NCBI GenBank assembly: GCA_964482075.1 | Contig: CAYZVU010000001.1 | Location: 343 to 64,342 of the forward strand | Direction: 5' to 3' | Length of the DNA: 64,000 nt | Source of the DNA: Candidatus Woesearchaeota archaeon | GTDB taxonomy: Archaea > Nanobdellota > Nanobdellia > Pacearchaeales > GW2011-AR1 | Shown: piece after piece, positions 19,403 to 28,468 of the stretch | How positions within the stretch are numbered: position 1 is the first letter of the stretch | Layout: the number at the start of each line of letters is the position of its first letter | Position numbers and translations under genes: made by a program | Notes under the pieces: model-generated | The model's input: only the letters and a program-made list of their open reading frames with translations | What the model was told of the DNA's origin: nothing | The model's database searches: none

Positions 19403-19857
19403 TGAAAATCATAAAAAGAAAAAAAGAATCTAGAATGCATGGAAGAAAAATGGGAACTCATGGCGGAGGATGTAGAAAGAATAGAAAAGGACATGGACAT
19501 CGAGGTGGAGTTGGAATGGCTGGGAGTGGTAAGAGAGCGGACCATAAAAAAACATTGATAATTAAAAATCATGGACATAATTATTTTGGTAAAAAAGGGT
19601 TCACAAGTATTGGAACAAAGAGAGACACTCGACAAAGAATAAATCTTAGAGATATTGAATTAAGTCTTGAAAAATATGGTAAAAAAACTTCTGCAGGATA
19701 TGAAATTAATTTAAAAGATTATAAAATTCTTGGGGTAGGGGAAGTTAAAAATAAATTAATTATAACTTGTAAAGAAGCTTCAAAATCTGCTATAGAAAAA
19801 ATTAAAAAAGCAGGTGGAAGCTTAATCTTTTCTATTGCTAAAGAGGTTAAAAAATAA
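19402..19857 (+). CDS. rpl15: 50S ribosomal protein L15
   Basis: THGGG, GHRGGVGMAG, KILG.G, AIEKIKKAGG. Confidence 0.95.
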   Translation: MKIIKRKKESRMHGRKMGTHGGGCRKNRKGHGHRGGVGMAGSGKRADHKKTLIIKNHGHNYFGKKGFTSIGTKRDTRQRINLRDIELSLEKYGKKTSAGYEINLKDYKILGVGEVKNKLIITCKEASKSAIEKIKKAGGSLIFSIAKEVKK

Positions 19858-19858
19858 T

Positions 19859-20134
19859 ATGGGAACTATTGGACTAAAAATCAAATTAATGCCAACCTCT
19901 CCTGATGCTGACTTGGAAAAAATTAAAACAGATGCTATTAAGGTCATTGAAAGCAAAGAAGGGAAAAATATTACTTTTGAAGAAGAGCCAGTTGCATTTG
20001 GACTAAAGGCTGTAATCGCCACCTTTGCCTTAGATGAGGATTCTGGAGATTCAGATGGAATTGAGAATGGCTTGAGTGAGATGGAAAATATTAGTTCTTC
20101 AAAAATTATTGATATGAGAAGAGCTTTTGGATAG
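19859..20134 (+). CDS. ef1b: Elongation factor aEF-1beta (start moved)
   Basis: KLMPTSPDADL, EEPVAFGLKA. Confidence 0.94.
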   Translation: MGTIGLKIKLMPTSPDADLEKIKTDAIKVIESKEGKNITFEEEPVAFGLKAVIATFALDEDSGDSDGIENGLSEMENISSSKIIDMRRAFG

Positions 20135-20164
20135 GTATAAAAACTTAGAAAATTTATTTTTAAT

Positions 20165-20785
20165 ATGTTACCTGAAGGACAATCTGGACAAATAAAGAAA
20201 CAATTGCTGGAACAGATTAATTCTACTTTCCCAGAGGATAAAAAAGCTGATGCAATTTCCAAAATTGAAGTTATGGATGATGAGCAGCTTGAAGAATTTT
20301 TGAAACAAAATAATCTTATTAAGGGGGAAGGCGCGGGAGAAGAGCAGAAATGTGTTTTTTGCTCAATTGTTTTTGGGGATATTCCTTCTACTAAAATTGG
20401 AGAAAATGAGAAAGCTCTTGCAATTTTGGAAATTAATCCTATTTCAAAATCACATGCAATTGTGATCCCAAAAGAACATGTTTCAAAAGAAAATATTCCT
20501 CAAGAAGCCTTTGATTTAGCAAATGAAATTTCTGAGAAAATTAAAAACAAATTTGGCCCTAAGAATGTTATTATAGAAACATCTAATTTATTTGGACACG
20601 AAATTATTAATGTTCTTCCTATTTATGGGAATGAAACACTTTCTTCTCCAAAAAAGCAAGCTACTCCTGAAGAACTTTTAGAATTGCAAAAAAAATTAGG
20701 CGAGGCGGTTGTCGAGGTTGTTGAAGAGAAACCGACAGAAGAAATTAATGAAAAGAATACTTGGTTACCAAAAAGAATACCCTAG
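20165..20785 (+). CDS. HIT-domain protein with N-terminal extension and degenerate histidine triad
   Basis: CVFCSI, LEINPISKSHAIVIPKEH; HEIINVLP where HxHxH is expected. Confidence 0.8.
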   Translation: MLPEGQSGQIKKQLLEQINSTFPEDKKADAISKIEVMDDEQLEEFLKQNNLIKGEGAGEEQKCVFCSIVFGDIPSTKIGENEKALAILEINPISKSHAIVIPKEHVSKENIPQEAFDLANEISEKIKNKFGPKNVIIETSNLFGHEIINVLPIYGNETLSSPKKQATPEELLELQKKLGEAVVEVVEEKPTEEINEKNTWLPKRIP

Positions 20786-21598
20786 ATAATAAGATAAAAT
20801 AAATAAAATAAAAGTTATTAAGAAAACTGGGACAAAAGGTATCCCTTGCTTAATTAATACAAATTTCTTTTTCTTTTTTAGGAGAATTATTTCTTTTTCT
20901 GTAAGGCCTTCCCACTTGGCTTTTATTAATTTTTTTCCAATTTTAATATTACTACAAAGCCAATCCCCTTCTCTAAGGTCATTTGTTTTTACTTTTCTTA
21001 CCATGCAGGATTCATCAATTGCCTTGGCATATAAGAATAAGAAAGGTAATATAAAAATAAATATTCCTAAGAAAAAGAAAAGTTGTTGGTAAAAACTAAG
21101 AACCATTATAATTATACCTAAAGCCATTCCAATGTAAACCATTTTTCTATTTTTATTGAAGAGGAAATCAAACTTTTTTCTGAATATTTTTCTATTCCTT
21201 ATGAAGAGAACTGTGCTCCAGATGAGACCATATATAGCTCCTATGAAAAGAAAAATTAAAAAGAAGTTTAGGAATAGTCTAATATTTTCTATTAGAGTCG
21301 TGTGGAGCGGCAGAATTGCCCCTAGCGCCATGAAGAGCTTTGCATCTCCTCCTGCGAATAATCTTGAATAATAAAATATATTACCGAATATAAAGAATAA
21401 TACGAACCCTATTAGTCCTTGGTAGAAGAATGCGAAGTTTGTTTGAGCAAAGAATGAATAAAAGAATCTGAAGCCTAATGCAAAAATTATAAGAGAAAAA
21501 TTCAACCAGTTTGCAACCTCTCTTATTTTTAGGTCTTGGATTGTTGCAAATAAAATCCAAATTAAAGCTAAAGTCAATAAGAAGATTTCTGCGAACAT
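20765..21598 (-). CDS. Prepilin/preflagellin peptidase (A24)
   Basis: QDLKIREV and GGDAKL aspartates, IPFVP motif, many TM helices. Confidence 0.92.
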   Translation of the reverse strand: MFAEIFLLTLALIWILFATIQDLKIREVANWLNFSLIIFALGFRFFYSFFAQTNFAFFYQGLIGFVLFFIFGNIFYYSRLFAGGDAKLFMALGAILPLHTTLIENIRLFLNFFLIFLFIGAIYGLIWSTVLFIRNRKIFRKKFDFLFNKNRKMVYIGMALGIIIMVLSFYQQLFFFLGIFIFILPFLFLYAKAIDESCMVRKVKTNDLREGDWLCSNIKIGKKLIKAKWEGLTEKEIILLKKKKKFVLIKQGIPFVPVFLITFILFILSYYLGYSFW

Positions 21599-21609
21599 TT
21601 TTTAATAAT

Positions 21610-21729
21610 TTATTTAGATTTTAATATCTCGGTAGCTCTAAATTTTCCTCCTTTTCTATAAGGATGTTTTCGTTTTTCACGCTTTTTGTCTTTGCTTTTA
21701 TTGCGTGATTCAGAATCTGCTTTTGACAT
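21610..21729 (-). CDS. Small basic protein (39 aa, not in ORF track)
   Basis: MSKADSESRNKSKDKKREKRKHPYRKGGKFRATEILKSK; TTTAAA box about 25 nt upstream; fills the intergenic gap. Confidence 0.55.
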   Translation of the reverse strand: MSKADSESRNKSKDKKREKRKHPYRKGGKFRATEILKSK

Positions 21730-21772
21730 AGATTAAAATGTTGAAATAAGTTTAAATAAGTTTTGGGGAGAT

Positions 21773-22309
21773 TTATTTTTTACAAAGGTTCGAACAAGCG
21801 TCTTTATCATCCTTATTCCCATCATCACATTCTTCACCTGTATCTACTTTCCCATTTCCACAAAAAGGTATCTCCTTGCAACAGCTTTTACTACCAGAGG
21901 AATCGCTTGCCTTTAAAGTTAAATCTTCGTGAACATTTGGTACACAATCATTAATCATCCAAGAGCCTCCTAAATCAGAACATGAGCCGGGGCAAGGAAT
22001 TGAAGGGCAAGGCTTTACATTATAATCAGGATATTTTTCCTTATCTGAAAATTTCTCACAAGTTGAGGTTGTTTTAATTTTAGCCTTATCTATTAACTCT
22101 TTATCTGATGAACAAAAATTATATGTGTTCCCTGCAGAGCAAGCAACAGAACATGACTGAGCAATTTTATCTACATTTTCTGAAGATAACCATGGAGCCA
22201 TTGTGTCCCATCCCATCATAAATCCTAAAATTAAAAGAACTAAAACAAAAACTCCTAAAACTATTAATATAATTGCGCTTGTGCTCAACCCTTGACCTCT
22301 TTTTTCCAT
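21773..22309 (-). CDS. Class III signal-peptide (pilin-like) protein with C-terminal cysteine-rich repeat
   Basis: MEKRG/QGLSTSAIILIVLG; ends CGNGKVDTGEECDDGN..D.CS..C (Myxococcus-type Cys-rich repeat). Confidence 0.8.
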   Translation of the reverse strand: MEKRGQGLSTSAIILIVLGVFVLVLLILGFMMGWDTMAPWLSSENVDKIAQSCSVACSAGNTYNFCSSDKELIDKAKIKTTSTCEKFSDKEKYPDYNVKPCPSIPCPGSCSDLGGSWMINDCVPNVHEDLTLKASDSSGSKSCCKEIPFCGNGKVDTGEECDDGNKDDKDACSNLCKK

Positions 22310-22351
22310 GATTGTTTAAAGAAAAATTTATTTATAAATGTTTGTAAATTA

Positions 22352-22723
22352 TTAGGAAAGTTCATATTGAACATGATAAAGTTCTTTTCGGTCTCCTGAA
22401 AAAGAAAATTCACTAGAATAATAAATCGCATGCAATATTTTTTTATCGCCGTCCATTTCAACATAAAATTTCCTGTTATTAGAAATACCTTCGTCTATTT
22501 TTTTGTTAAGTTCTTTAATTAAATCTTCTGGGTTTTTTTTAATATTTTCATAAAATTTTATTTGGTCTATTATTGAATTAACTTCAGAAATAATTATTAT
22601 CCCTGAAAAATCTTTTTTCACCTGATCATTTGGAAAATAAAATGCCATTATAGAAAGCACACAAATTGCTACAACCCCTATTACTAAAATCAATATTGGT
22701 ATGTTTGCTTTTTTGTTTTTCAT
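22352..22723 (-). CDS. Pilin-like protein (start moved)
   Basis: MKNKKA/NIPILILVIG class III signal. Confidence 0.75.
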   Translation of the reverse strand: MKNKKANIPILILVIGVVAICVLSIMAFYFPNDQVKKDFSGIIIISEVNSIIDQIKFYENIKKNPEDLIKELNKKIDEGISNNRKFYVEMDGDKKILHAIYYSSEFSFSGDRKELYHVQYELS

Positions 22724-22724
22724 T

Positions 22725-23216
22725 TTAAACATCCACGAACATCCCCTCAAGATATCTCCCATCTTTATTTAAATTTATTTTTTCCACTACATAAGGGGAA
22801 ATTTTATCATTATTTTTTCCAAGGATACTCACTAGGCGAGACCCAAAATATGAATTCTTCCTTATCCCAATCCCATTAAAATTTATCCCAATCCAAACCC
22901 CAACACTATAATCTGCCCAATAATCCTCTTTAAATATTTCTGCTGCGAGATCTCCATTGTCGCCTTCTATATTATTTATTTGAAGTTGTTTAAAAATTAT
23001 TTCCCTTCCACCAGATATTCCTGAATCTACCTCTGTCGCCAAATAAGAGAACATTGATTTTTCAGCAACAGTTTCTCTTACAAGAGGCTGTATTTCCTTG
23101 TTGCCTACAAATTTTGTAGAAGTTATAAAAATAGAAATTGAAAGAATTACAATTATCACGATTGTTGCAACTAGCCAAACCATTGTGTCGCTTATTTGTG
23201 CTTTTTTATTTTGCAT
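22725..23216 (-). CDS. Pilin-like protein
   Basis: MQNKKA/QISDTMVWLVATIVII class III signal. Confidence 0.8.
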   Translation of the reverse strand: MQNKKAQISDTMVWLVATIVIIVILSISIFITSTKFVGNKEIQPLVRETVAEKSMFSYLATEVDSGISGGREIIFKQLQINNIEGDNGDLAAEIFKEDYWADYSVGVWIGINFNGIGIRKNSYFGSRLVSILGKNNDKISPYVVEKINLNKDGRYLEGMFVDV

Positions 23217-23724
23217 TTTTTTCTATTTTTCTTATACTTGTGAAAATATTTATTTTATAAGGTGTTTGCCCATTTAGATTTTTATCTAAAATATACATTG
23301 TCCGATTCATACAATAAGGAAAAGTATCTGCGAGATTACAATTATCTTTGAGGTCTATATTTCCTTCTTGAATAGGCTCTCTAAAAATTTTTGAAGACCC
23401 AAAAGGATATATCTTAACTTCAATATAATACTGGTCATTATCCCATTCATAAATCTCTTCTGAATTAAAATTTAAATTGCATTTTGTTAAAAAATTTTTT
23501 CTTAATATAAAATTTCCTTCATCATCCAAAAGTTGTTGATCTAAATCCCCTCCTTGAGATAAACAATTTGCAACATGGTCTGTTAAAAGTTGAGCTTCTA
23601 TTTTTCTTACATCTAAAGGCTCTCCTTGAAAAATTGCGACCATATAAACAATTGCTGCTGCTACTAAGAAGAGAATTACAAACCAATATAGGGACATTAT
23701 TTTGCCTGTTGCTTTTTTATTCAT
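23206..23724 (-). CDS. Pilin-like protein (start moved)
   Basis: MNKKA/TGKIMSLYWFVILFLV class III signal. Confidence 0.75.
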   Translation of the reverse strand: MNKKATGKIMSLYWFVILFLVAAAIVYMVAIFQGEPLDVRKIEAQLLTDHVANCLSQGGDLDQQLLDDEGNFILRKNFLTKCNLNFNSEEIYEWDNDQYYIEVKIYPFGSSKIFREPIQEGNIDLKDNCNLADTFPYCMNRTMYILDKNLNGQTPYKINIFTSIRKIEKNAK

Positions 23725-24103
23725 TTTCTTTAATTTCAAAATAGTATTTATTTGAGTCAATAGATTCATGAGCGATAACATCTACATTATTAAAAAAAGA
23801 ATAAGAATTCCCTGTTCCAGACTCAAGCCTTACTGTAACAATATTTTCTTCAATAATTACTTCAGGAAAATTTTTTCCTTCTGCCTTATCAAAAGCATCT
23901 TCCATGTCTAAAATTATTTTCATTCCTGGTTGAGCTGCGTCAATCATTAAAGCTATTTGTTTTGAATATGCCTTTTCCATCATTGCTGTGTTGGAAACTT
24001 GGGAGTGTATAAATAAAATTAAAATTGTTAAAAAAAGTAAATTTAGGACAATAAAAACTATGTTCTCTACTAAGAGAGTTGCTTTTTTATTCCTCTTTTT
24101 CAT
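23717..24103 (-). CDS. Pilin-like protein
   Basis: NKKA/TLLVENIVFIVLNLLF class III signal with Glu at +5. Confidence 0.8.
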   Translation of the reverse strand: MKKRNKKATLLVENIVFIVLNLLFLTILILFIHSQVSNTAMMEKAYSKQIALMIDAAQPGMKIILDMEDAFDKAEGKNFPEVIIEENIVTVRLESGTGNSYSFFNNVDVIAHESIDSNKYYFEIKENE

Positions 24104-24178
24104 AGCGAATTAAGGAAATCTAAATTAATAAAGTTTTAGTAGAGTAATATTTAAATATTAAGATTTGTTTGGGAAGAG

Positions 24179-24523
24179 ATGAAGGGAAAGTCTAAAATTT
24201 ATACTCTTGCATTGAGTTTATTAATTTCTACTATACTTCTTAAAACAGGATATAGGCCATCTTGTTTAGAAAAAATTGCATTGGAAAATTCATCCCATAA
24301 AATAGAAAAAGCCAATAATGAAAAACCTATCGTGGATAGCGCTTCTTCAGAGTTTTTTTCTGGGGGGAATACTTCTTCACCCCTCCCTCCAAAAAAAATA
24401 AGGAGGGCTAAAATTAAAAATTCGAGAGCCACCACTACAACTACTACTTACTATAGAAATACCACCATTCCTCCATCCAGGGCTACAACTTATGAAAGCC
24501 CTACTCCCCCCGAAAAATTTTGA
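24179..24523 (+). CDS. Hypothetical secreted protein with Thr/Pro-rich tail (possibly the 5' part of a frameshifted gene)
   Basis: N-terminal hydrophobic segment; TTTTTT/PP linker; stops just after a C6 tract. Confidence 0.45.
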   Translation: MKGKSKIYTLALSLLISTILLKTGYRPSCLEKIALENSSHKIEKANNEKPIVDSASSEFFSGGNTSSPLPPKKIRRAKIKNSRATTTTTTYYRNTTIPPSRATTYESPTPPEKF

Positions 24524-25062
24524 AAAGTAAAGATATTGAAAATATTAAAAGAAATTTCATAACTAAACATGATGAAGATTGTTATGTTGAATTAAAAGAC
24601 CTTAAACCCATTTTGAGATATAATAAAATAATTTCTCCTGAAGATGCCATTTTATTTTATTTGGCAAGTTTATATCATGGAAGATATGTAAAAAATCTAT
24701 TTTCTAAAACATCGACCCCTGAAGAGATAAATAATTTTATTTCTAAAACAAAGGGTAATTTTTCTTGGGGGAAAATGAAAATCCTCCCCTCAAAAATAAG
24801 AGAAAATTCAAGAAATCTTGTTTGTATTCCCACTGTTTATTATGAGATATTCCCTCGCGAAGCAATTTGTTTTGCGAATGAAGAAGGGGAACTAAAAATA
24901 GTTCCAAAATATTCCAAAAAGACAGACGATTACAAAAAAATGAAACAAATAAGTTTTTCATTCCACCCATATCTTCTTAAAACTTTTTCAAAGGAGGAAA
25001 GAAAATATATGAAAAAAGATAAATATGGTTGGGTAATTTTCCCGAGGGAATTAATCGAATGA
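24520..25062 (+). CDS. Hypothetical protein
   Basis: 180-aa ORF with TTG start; overlaps both neighbours. Confidence 0.55.
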   Translation: MKSKDIENIKRNFITKHDEDCYVELKDLKPILRYNKIISPEDAILFYLASLYHGRYVKNLFSKTSTPEEINNFISKTKGNFSWGKMKILPSKIRENSRNLVCIPTVYYEIFPREAICFANEEGELKIVPKYSKKTDDYKKMKQISFSFHPYLLKTFSKEERKYMKKDKYGWVIFPRELIE

Positions 25063-26510
25063 AATTTGGAGAAATTGCATCAGATATTGCGAGTAAACTT
25101 TCTTTTTGGGGGTCTATTACATTAGGAACTTTCGTTGTGGGGACAGCACTATTAGTCAACACATTCTCCACAGAGGCACCTTCAAAAAAATTAATTATCC
25201 CCCCGATTAGTTCTGAAAAAATTTGTGATAAAACAGAACTTGTTTCTATGCCGATGGGGGGAACAACGGGTTCAAAATTTGCTCCTGAAAATAAAAACCC
25301 TAGAAAAGAAAAAGTTCGTATTCGTTCTTTTGTAGATAAAGAATCAAACGAAATATTTTTAGAATATCTTCCAGAAGGATTTGATAAAGAGAGGACTTCT
25401 TCCAGAACCCCTTTAGAATCAGATTATGCTGTTATAAATAGCAGTTGGACTGGGGCTGCAATAAATATGCCTTCTTGTGCGAAAATTGAATCCCAAGACC
25501 AACAATCATTTAGAATTGAAAAAGGATGGGATACAAATATGAAATCTTTGGAAGATCATCCTGAAGCAAAATTCGTTATGGTTGGGGGAGATATTGTTAT
25601 GGAAGCTCTTACATCAAGGATTCCATATTCTGAAAAACTTTTTCAAAAAATGATGGATTATTCTGAAAAAAATAACCTTCTGAATATAAAAGCTATTCCA
25701 AATCTTCTCCCAGAAAAATTGAATGGAAGCGAGGTTGCAAGAAAAACTAGGATAAAATTAAATTTGGAAGATTGTGTAGGGGAGGTTAAATTTTTATTGG
25801 CTCCAGTAGTTTATATTGGAAGAGAATTTGACGCAAACCGACAAGGAAATTTTGGAAGTGGTAGATTAGAAGGAATGATTACTTTTGCGATGCAAGGGGG
25901 GATGACTGAAGAAGAAAAAGTAGGAATAGAAAAATATTTTTTGCAAGGAAAAGAACTTCAATATGCAACCCTTGCAAGACATAACGCACTTTTTGGGAAA
26001 AATGTTAAAAAAAATCCTTATATAATTGGCCAAGAAAAAAACAAAGCTGAAATGTCTGAAGATCTCAAAGAAGTCGGGGGTGTATCATATAGGTTTGGTG
26101 AAGAACGAATGCTGGAGAACACCAATATTACAATCAATGTGGTCCAAGTTAAAAAAGACCTTAAAAAAATTATATCCCGGCTAAGCGAGACTGGATTTGA
26201 AACAAAGCCTCTTTTTGAACACACTTTTTTGATTGAGGGAGATGTAATTTCTAATTTTATGCTAAATGGTATTGATACAGGACAAATTCTGACATACATA
26301 AAAATCTTATTGGAATATCAAAAGAGAACAAAAGGGAAGTTAATTCTCAAAACAAGTAATTTTGAGGATAAAGAATACTTTAAATTATTGGAAACAATTA
26401 AAAAAAATTATTCTGGTTTTAGTTCTAAGGAACTTACATATGAATATATAATAGCCCCCCATTCCATAGAACTACTAAAGGCATCAGTCAATCCAATTAG
26501 AGGACGTTAA
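25059..26510 (+). CDS. Hypothetical membrane-anchored protein (start moved)
   Basis: Long ORF with one N-terminal TM segment; ATGA overlap with the upstream ORF. Confidence 0.7.
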   Translation: MKFGEIASDIASKLSFWGSITLGTFVVGTALLVNTFSTEAPSKKLIIPPISSEKICDKTELVSMPMGGTTGSKFAPENKNPRKEKVRIRSFVDKESNEIFLEYLPEGFDKERTSSRTPLESDYAVINSSWTGAAINMPSCAKIESQDQQSFRIEKGWDTNMKSLEDHPEAKFVMVGGDIVMEALTSRIPYSEKLFQKMMDYSEKNNLLNIKAIPNLLPEKLNGSEVARKTRIKLNLEDCVGEVKFLLAPVVYIGREFDANRQGNFGSGRLEGMITFAMQGGMTEEEKVGIEKYFLQGKELQYATLARHNALFGKNVKKNPYIIGQEKNKAEMSEDLKEVGGVSYRFGEERMLENTNITINVVQVKKDLKKIISRLSETGFETKPLFEHTFLIEGDVISNFMLNGIDTGQILTYIKILLEYQKRTKGKLILKTSNFEDKEYFKLLETIKKNYSGFSSKELTYEYIIAPHSIELLKASVNPIRGR

Positions 26511-26546
26511 TATAATTTATTTAATTATTTTAAAATTCAACCGAAA

Positions 26547-27290
26547 TTAATAAGAACTAACTCCAAATAAGTCACAAGGGGAAAGTTTTCCCTCTTTATT
26601 TGTTTCAACAATTAATGGATGAATATATTCATTTGCAGAAGCAAAATCATAACGCATTCCTGTGAAAATAGAATATTTTTTACTTGTTTCAATGAAAGAA
26701 TCTGAACCTAAATTTATCTGATGTTTTGGCTTGAAATTATCTAAATGTTTAATATCATTAATCCCATATAAATATCTTAAATAAGTTTCTGATTTATCTA
26801 TTTTATTTTCATATAAATGATCATACAATTCTTTATAAGTTATTTTTTCAACTATTCCTCTTATTGAAGAATCAAATTTTATTTGAGAACAGATTGCACA
26901 ATGATAATCATTCTTTAAATTCTCTGGGCCATTCCCAACATAAGGTATTTCTCCTTCCCCAAACATCCACCAACAATCTGCCATTTCCTCTGTTATAATT
27001 TTTTTTATTTGATATTCCACATTCCCCTTTAAATCTACAGGGATTTTTCTTTTTTCATTAAATTGGTCACATTCTTCACCTCCGGAAATGCAAATTGTAT
27101 CTATCTTGCAATCAACAGCACCACTTAATCCACTTGACTTTCCTTGGAGCACAACAGAATTGTGGCAAATTTCTTTATCTGTTATGTCCCCCGGATTTAA
27201 TCTAAATAATAATGTTAATATAACTGCGAAGCTAAGAATTAAAACTATTAACATTACAATTTGCTGGGTTGTTAATTCTGCTTTTTTCAT
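26547..27290 (-). CDS. Pilin-like protein, Cys-rich
   Basis: MKKA/ELTTQQIVMLIVLILSF; ICHNSV and MADCWWMFGEG. Confidence 0.8.
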   Translation of the reverse strand: MKKAELTTQQIVMLIVLILSFAVILTLLFRLNPGDITDKEICHNSVVLQGKSSGLSGAVDCKIDTICISGGEECDQFNEKRKIPVDLKGNVEYQIKKIITEEMADCWWMFGEGEIPYVGNGPENLKNDYHCAICSQIKFDSSIRGIVEKITYKELYDHLYENKIDKSETYLRYLYGINDIKHLDNFKPKHQINLGSDSFIETSKKYSIFTGMRYDFASANEYIHPLIVETNKEGKLSPCDLFGVSSY

Positions 27291-27291
27291 T

Positions 27292-27396
27292 TTATGTGGG
27301 AATTGTTAATCTATTTAATAATAAATATAACCCTGCTAAAGCGATTGTAAATAGAACAATCCATGAGAGATATTTTATAAAAAAATCTAAATTCAT
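27292..27396 (-). CDS. Small single-TM protein in the pilin operon (34 aa, not in ORF track)
   Basis: MNLDFFIKYLSWIVLFTIALAGLYLLLNRLTIPT; fills the gap exactly with 1-nt spacers. Confidence 0.7.
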   Translation of the reverse strand: MNLDFFIKYLSWIVLFTIALAGLYLLLNRLTIPT

Positions 27397-27397
27397 T

Positions 27398-27934
27398 TTA
27401 TGCTTTTGAGATTATTCCATCCTTATAATCTATATTTAATTTTATTGGAGGCTCTATATTGATTGCGCCATTTGCTATATTAAAATCTTCTTTAAGTTCC
27501 GAACAAGCCCCGTTTTCTCCGCAAAATTCAGAGAAATATTTTATGTTAAGATTTTTTAGATTAATTCTATTTACTGGGCAAAAACACAAGCATCTCTCCC
27601 ACCCCATAGAAGAGCATCGTGTTGGGAGTGGCCCCTCTGAACCCCAAATATGAATTCTTCCAAAGAAAATATTCCCATTATTATTTTTTATCCCCTTATT
27701 AGGCCATGAAAAAATTGCCCAATTATTTGGATTATAAATCTCAACCTCTGGAATTTTGTTATTCATTTCTTCTATTAAATGCTTTAGTGAAGCCTCTGCA
27801 AATTTAAGATTTTTTTCTTGCTTATTTGTCAAATATAAAGATGTTAAAAAATAAATTAAAAAAGCAATTGCTATAACTGCTATTATTATCTTCACTGTTT
27901 CTTCTGCAAGTAAAAAAGCTCTTTTATTATTCAT
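27398..27934 (-). CDS. Pilin-like protein
   Basis: MNNKRA/FLLAEETVKIIIAVIAI class III signal. Confidence 0.8.
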   Translation of the reverse strand: MNNKRAFLLAEETVKIIIAVIAIAFLIYFLTSLYLTNKQEKNLKFAEASLKHLIEEMNNKIPEVEIYNPNNWAIFSWPNKGIKNNNGNIFFGRIHIWGSEGPLPTRCSSMGWERCLCFCPVNRINLKNLNIKYFSEFCGENGACSELKEDFNIANGAINIEPPIKLNIDYKDGIISKA

Positions 27935-28281
27935 TTACTAGTACACTTCCCCCCGAAAATCTTCATTCCAAGAATTTTATTAGGAGTATATTGACATCCT
28001 AAAGAGAGACACTCTTTCTTCGTGCAAGTATCCCAAAAACTTTTCCTACAAGATTTACAATTCCCCTCTTTAAAAGAATCTTCTTTTGGAGGGTTTATTA
28101 TCGAGGAATCTCCTGCCCCTGAATTTAAATTGTCTGAATTTTCAGAACCATTCCCCACAAGATTATCAAAAAAAGGAATTACCTGCCCATTAAAAAAAAA
28201 GTAAACTCCTACTACAACTGTTACAAATACAAAAATTCCTAAAATTATTTTTATTAATTGTCCTATTGTAAGCTCTGCCAA
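27931..28281 (-). CDS. Pilin-like protein lacking a basic leader (TTG start, MAELTIGQLIKII)
   Basis: N-terminus parallels the AELTTQQIV of 26547..27290; Cys-rich C-terminus. Confidence 0.7.
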   Translation of the reverse strand: MAELTIGQLIKIILGIFVFVTVVVGVYFFFNGQVIPFFDNLVGNGSENSDNLNSGAGDSSIINPPKEDSFKEGNCKSCRKSFWDTCTKKECLSLGCQYTPNKILGMKIFGGKCTSK

Positions 28282-28282
28282 A

Positions 28283-28432
28283 TTAAATTCCTCCAAATAA
28301 ATTTTTAAATTGATCTATTAAACTTATTCCCTTGACTTTTAAAATTCCTATAAAAATTGCTAAAATTGCTAAAATTGCTATTGCAATTAATAACCAAGGA
28401 AGATAATCTGAAACAATGCCTCTTTTTTTCAT
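28283..28432 (-). CDS. Minimal pilin (49 aa, not in ORF track)
   Basis: MKKRG/IVSDYLPWLLIAIAILAILAIFIGILKVKGISLIDQFKNLFGGI; first gene after a TATA-like box. Confidence 0.8.
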   Translation of the reverse strand: MKKRGIVSDYLPWLLIAIAILAILAIFIGILKVKGISLIDQFKNLFGGI

Positions 28433-28468
28433 ATTTTAAAGAAAGAAAAAAGATTAATAAATCTATCT

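Noticed and set aside
28355..28390. Short tandem TAAAATTGC repeats
   Set aside because: They encode the AIL-AIL hydrophobic helix of the 49-aa pilin.
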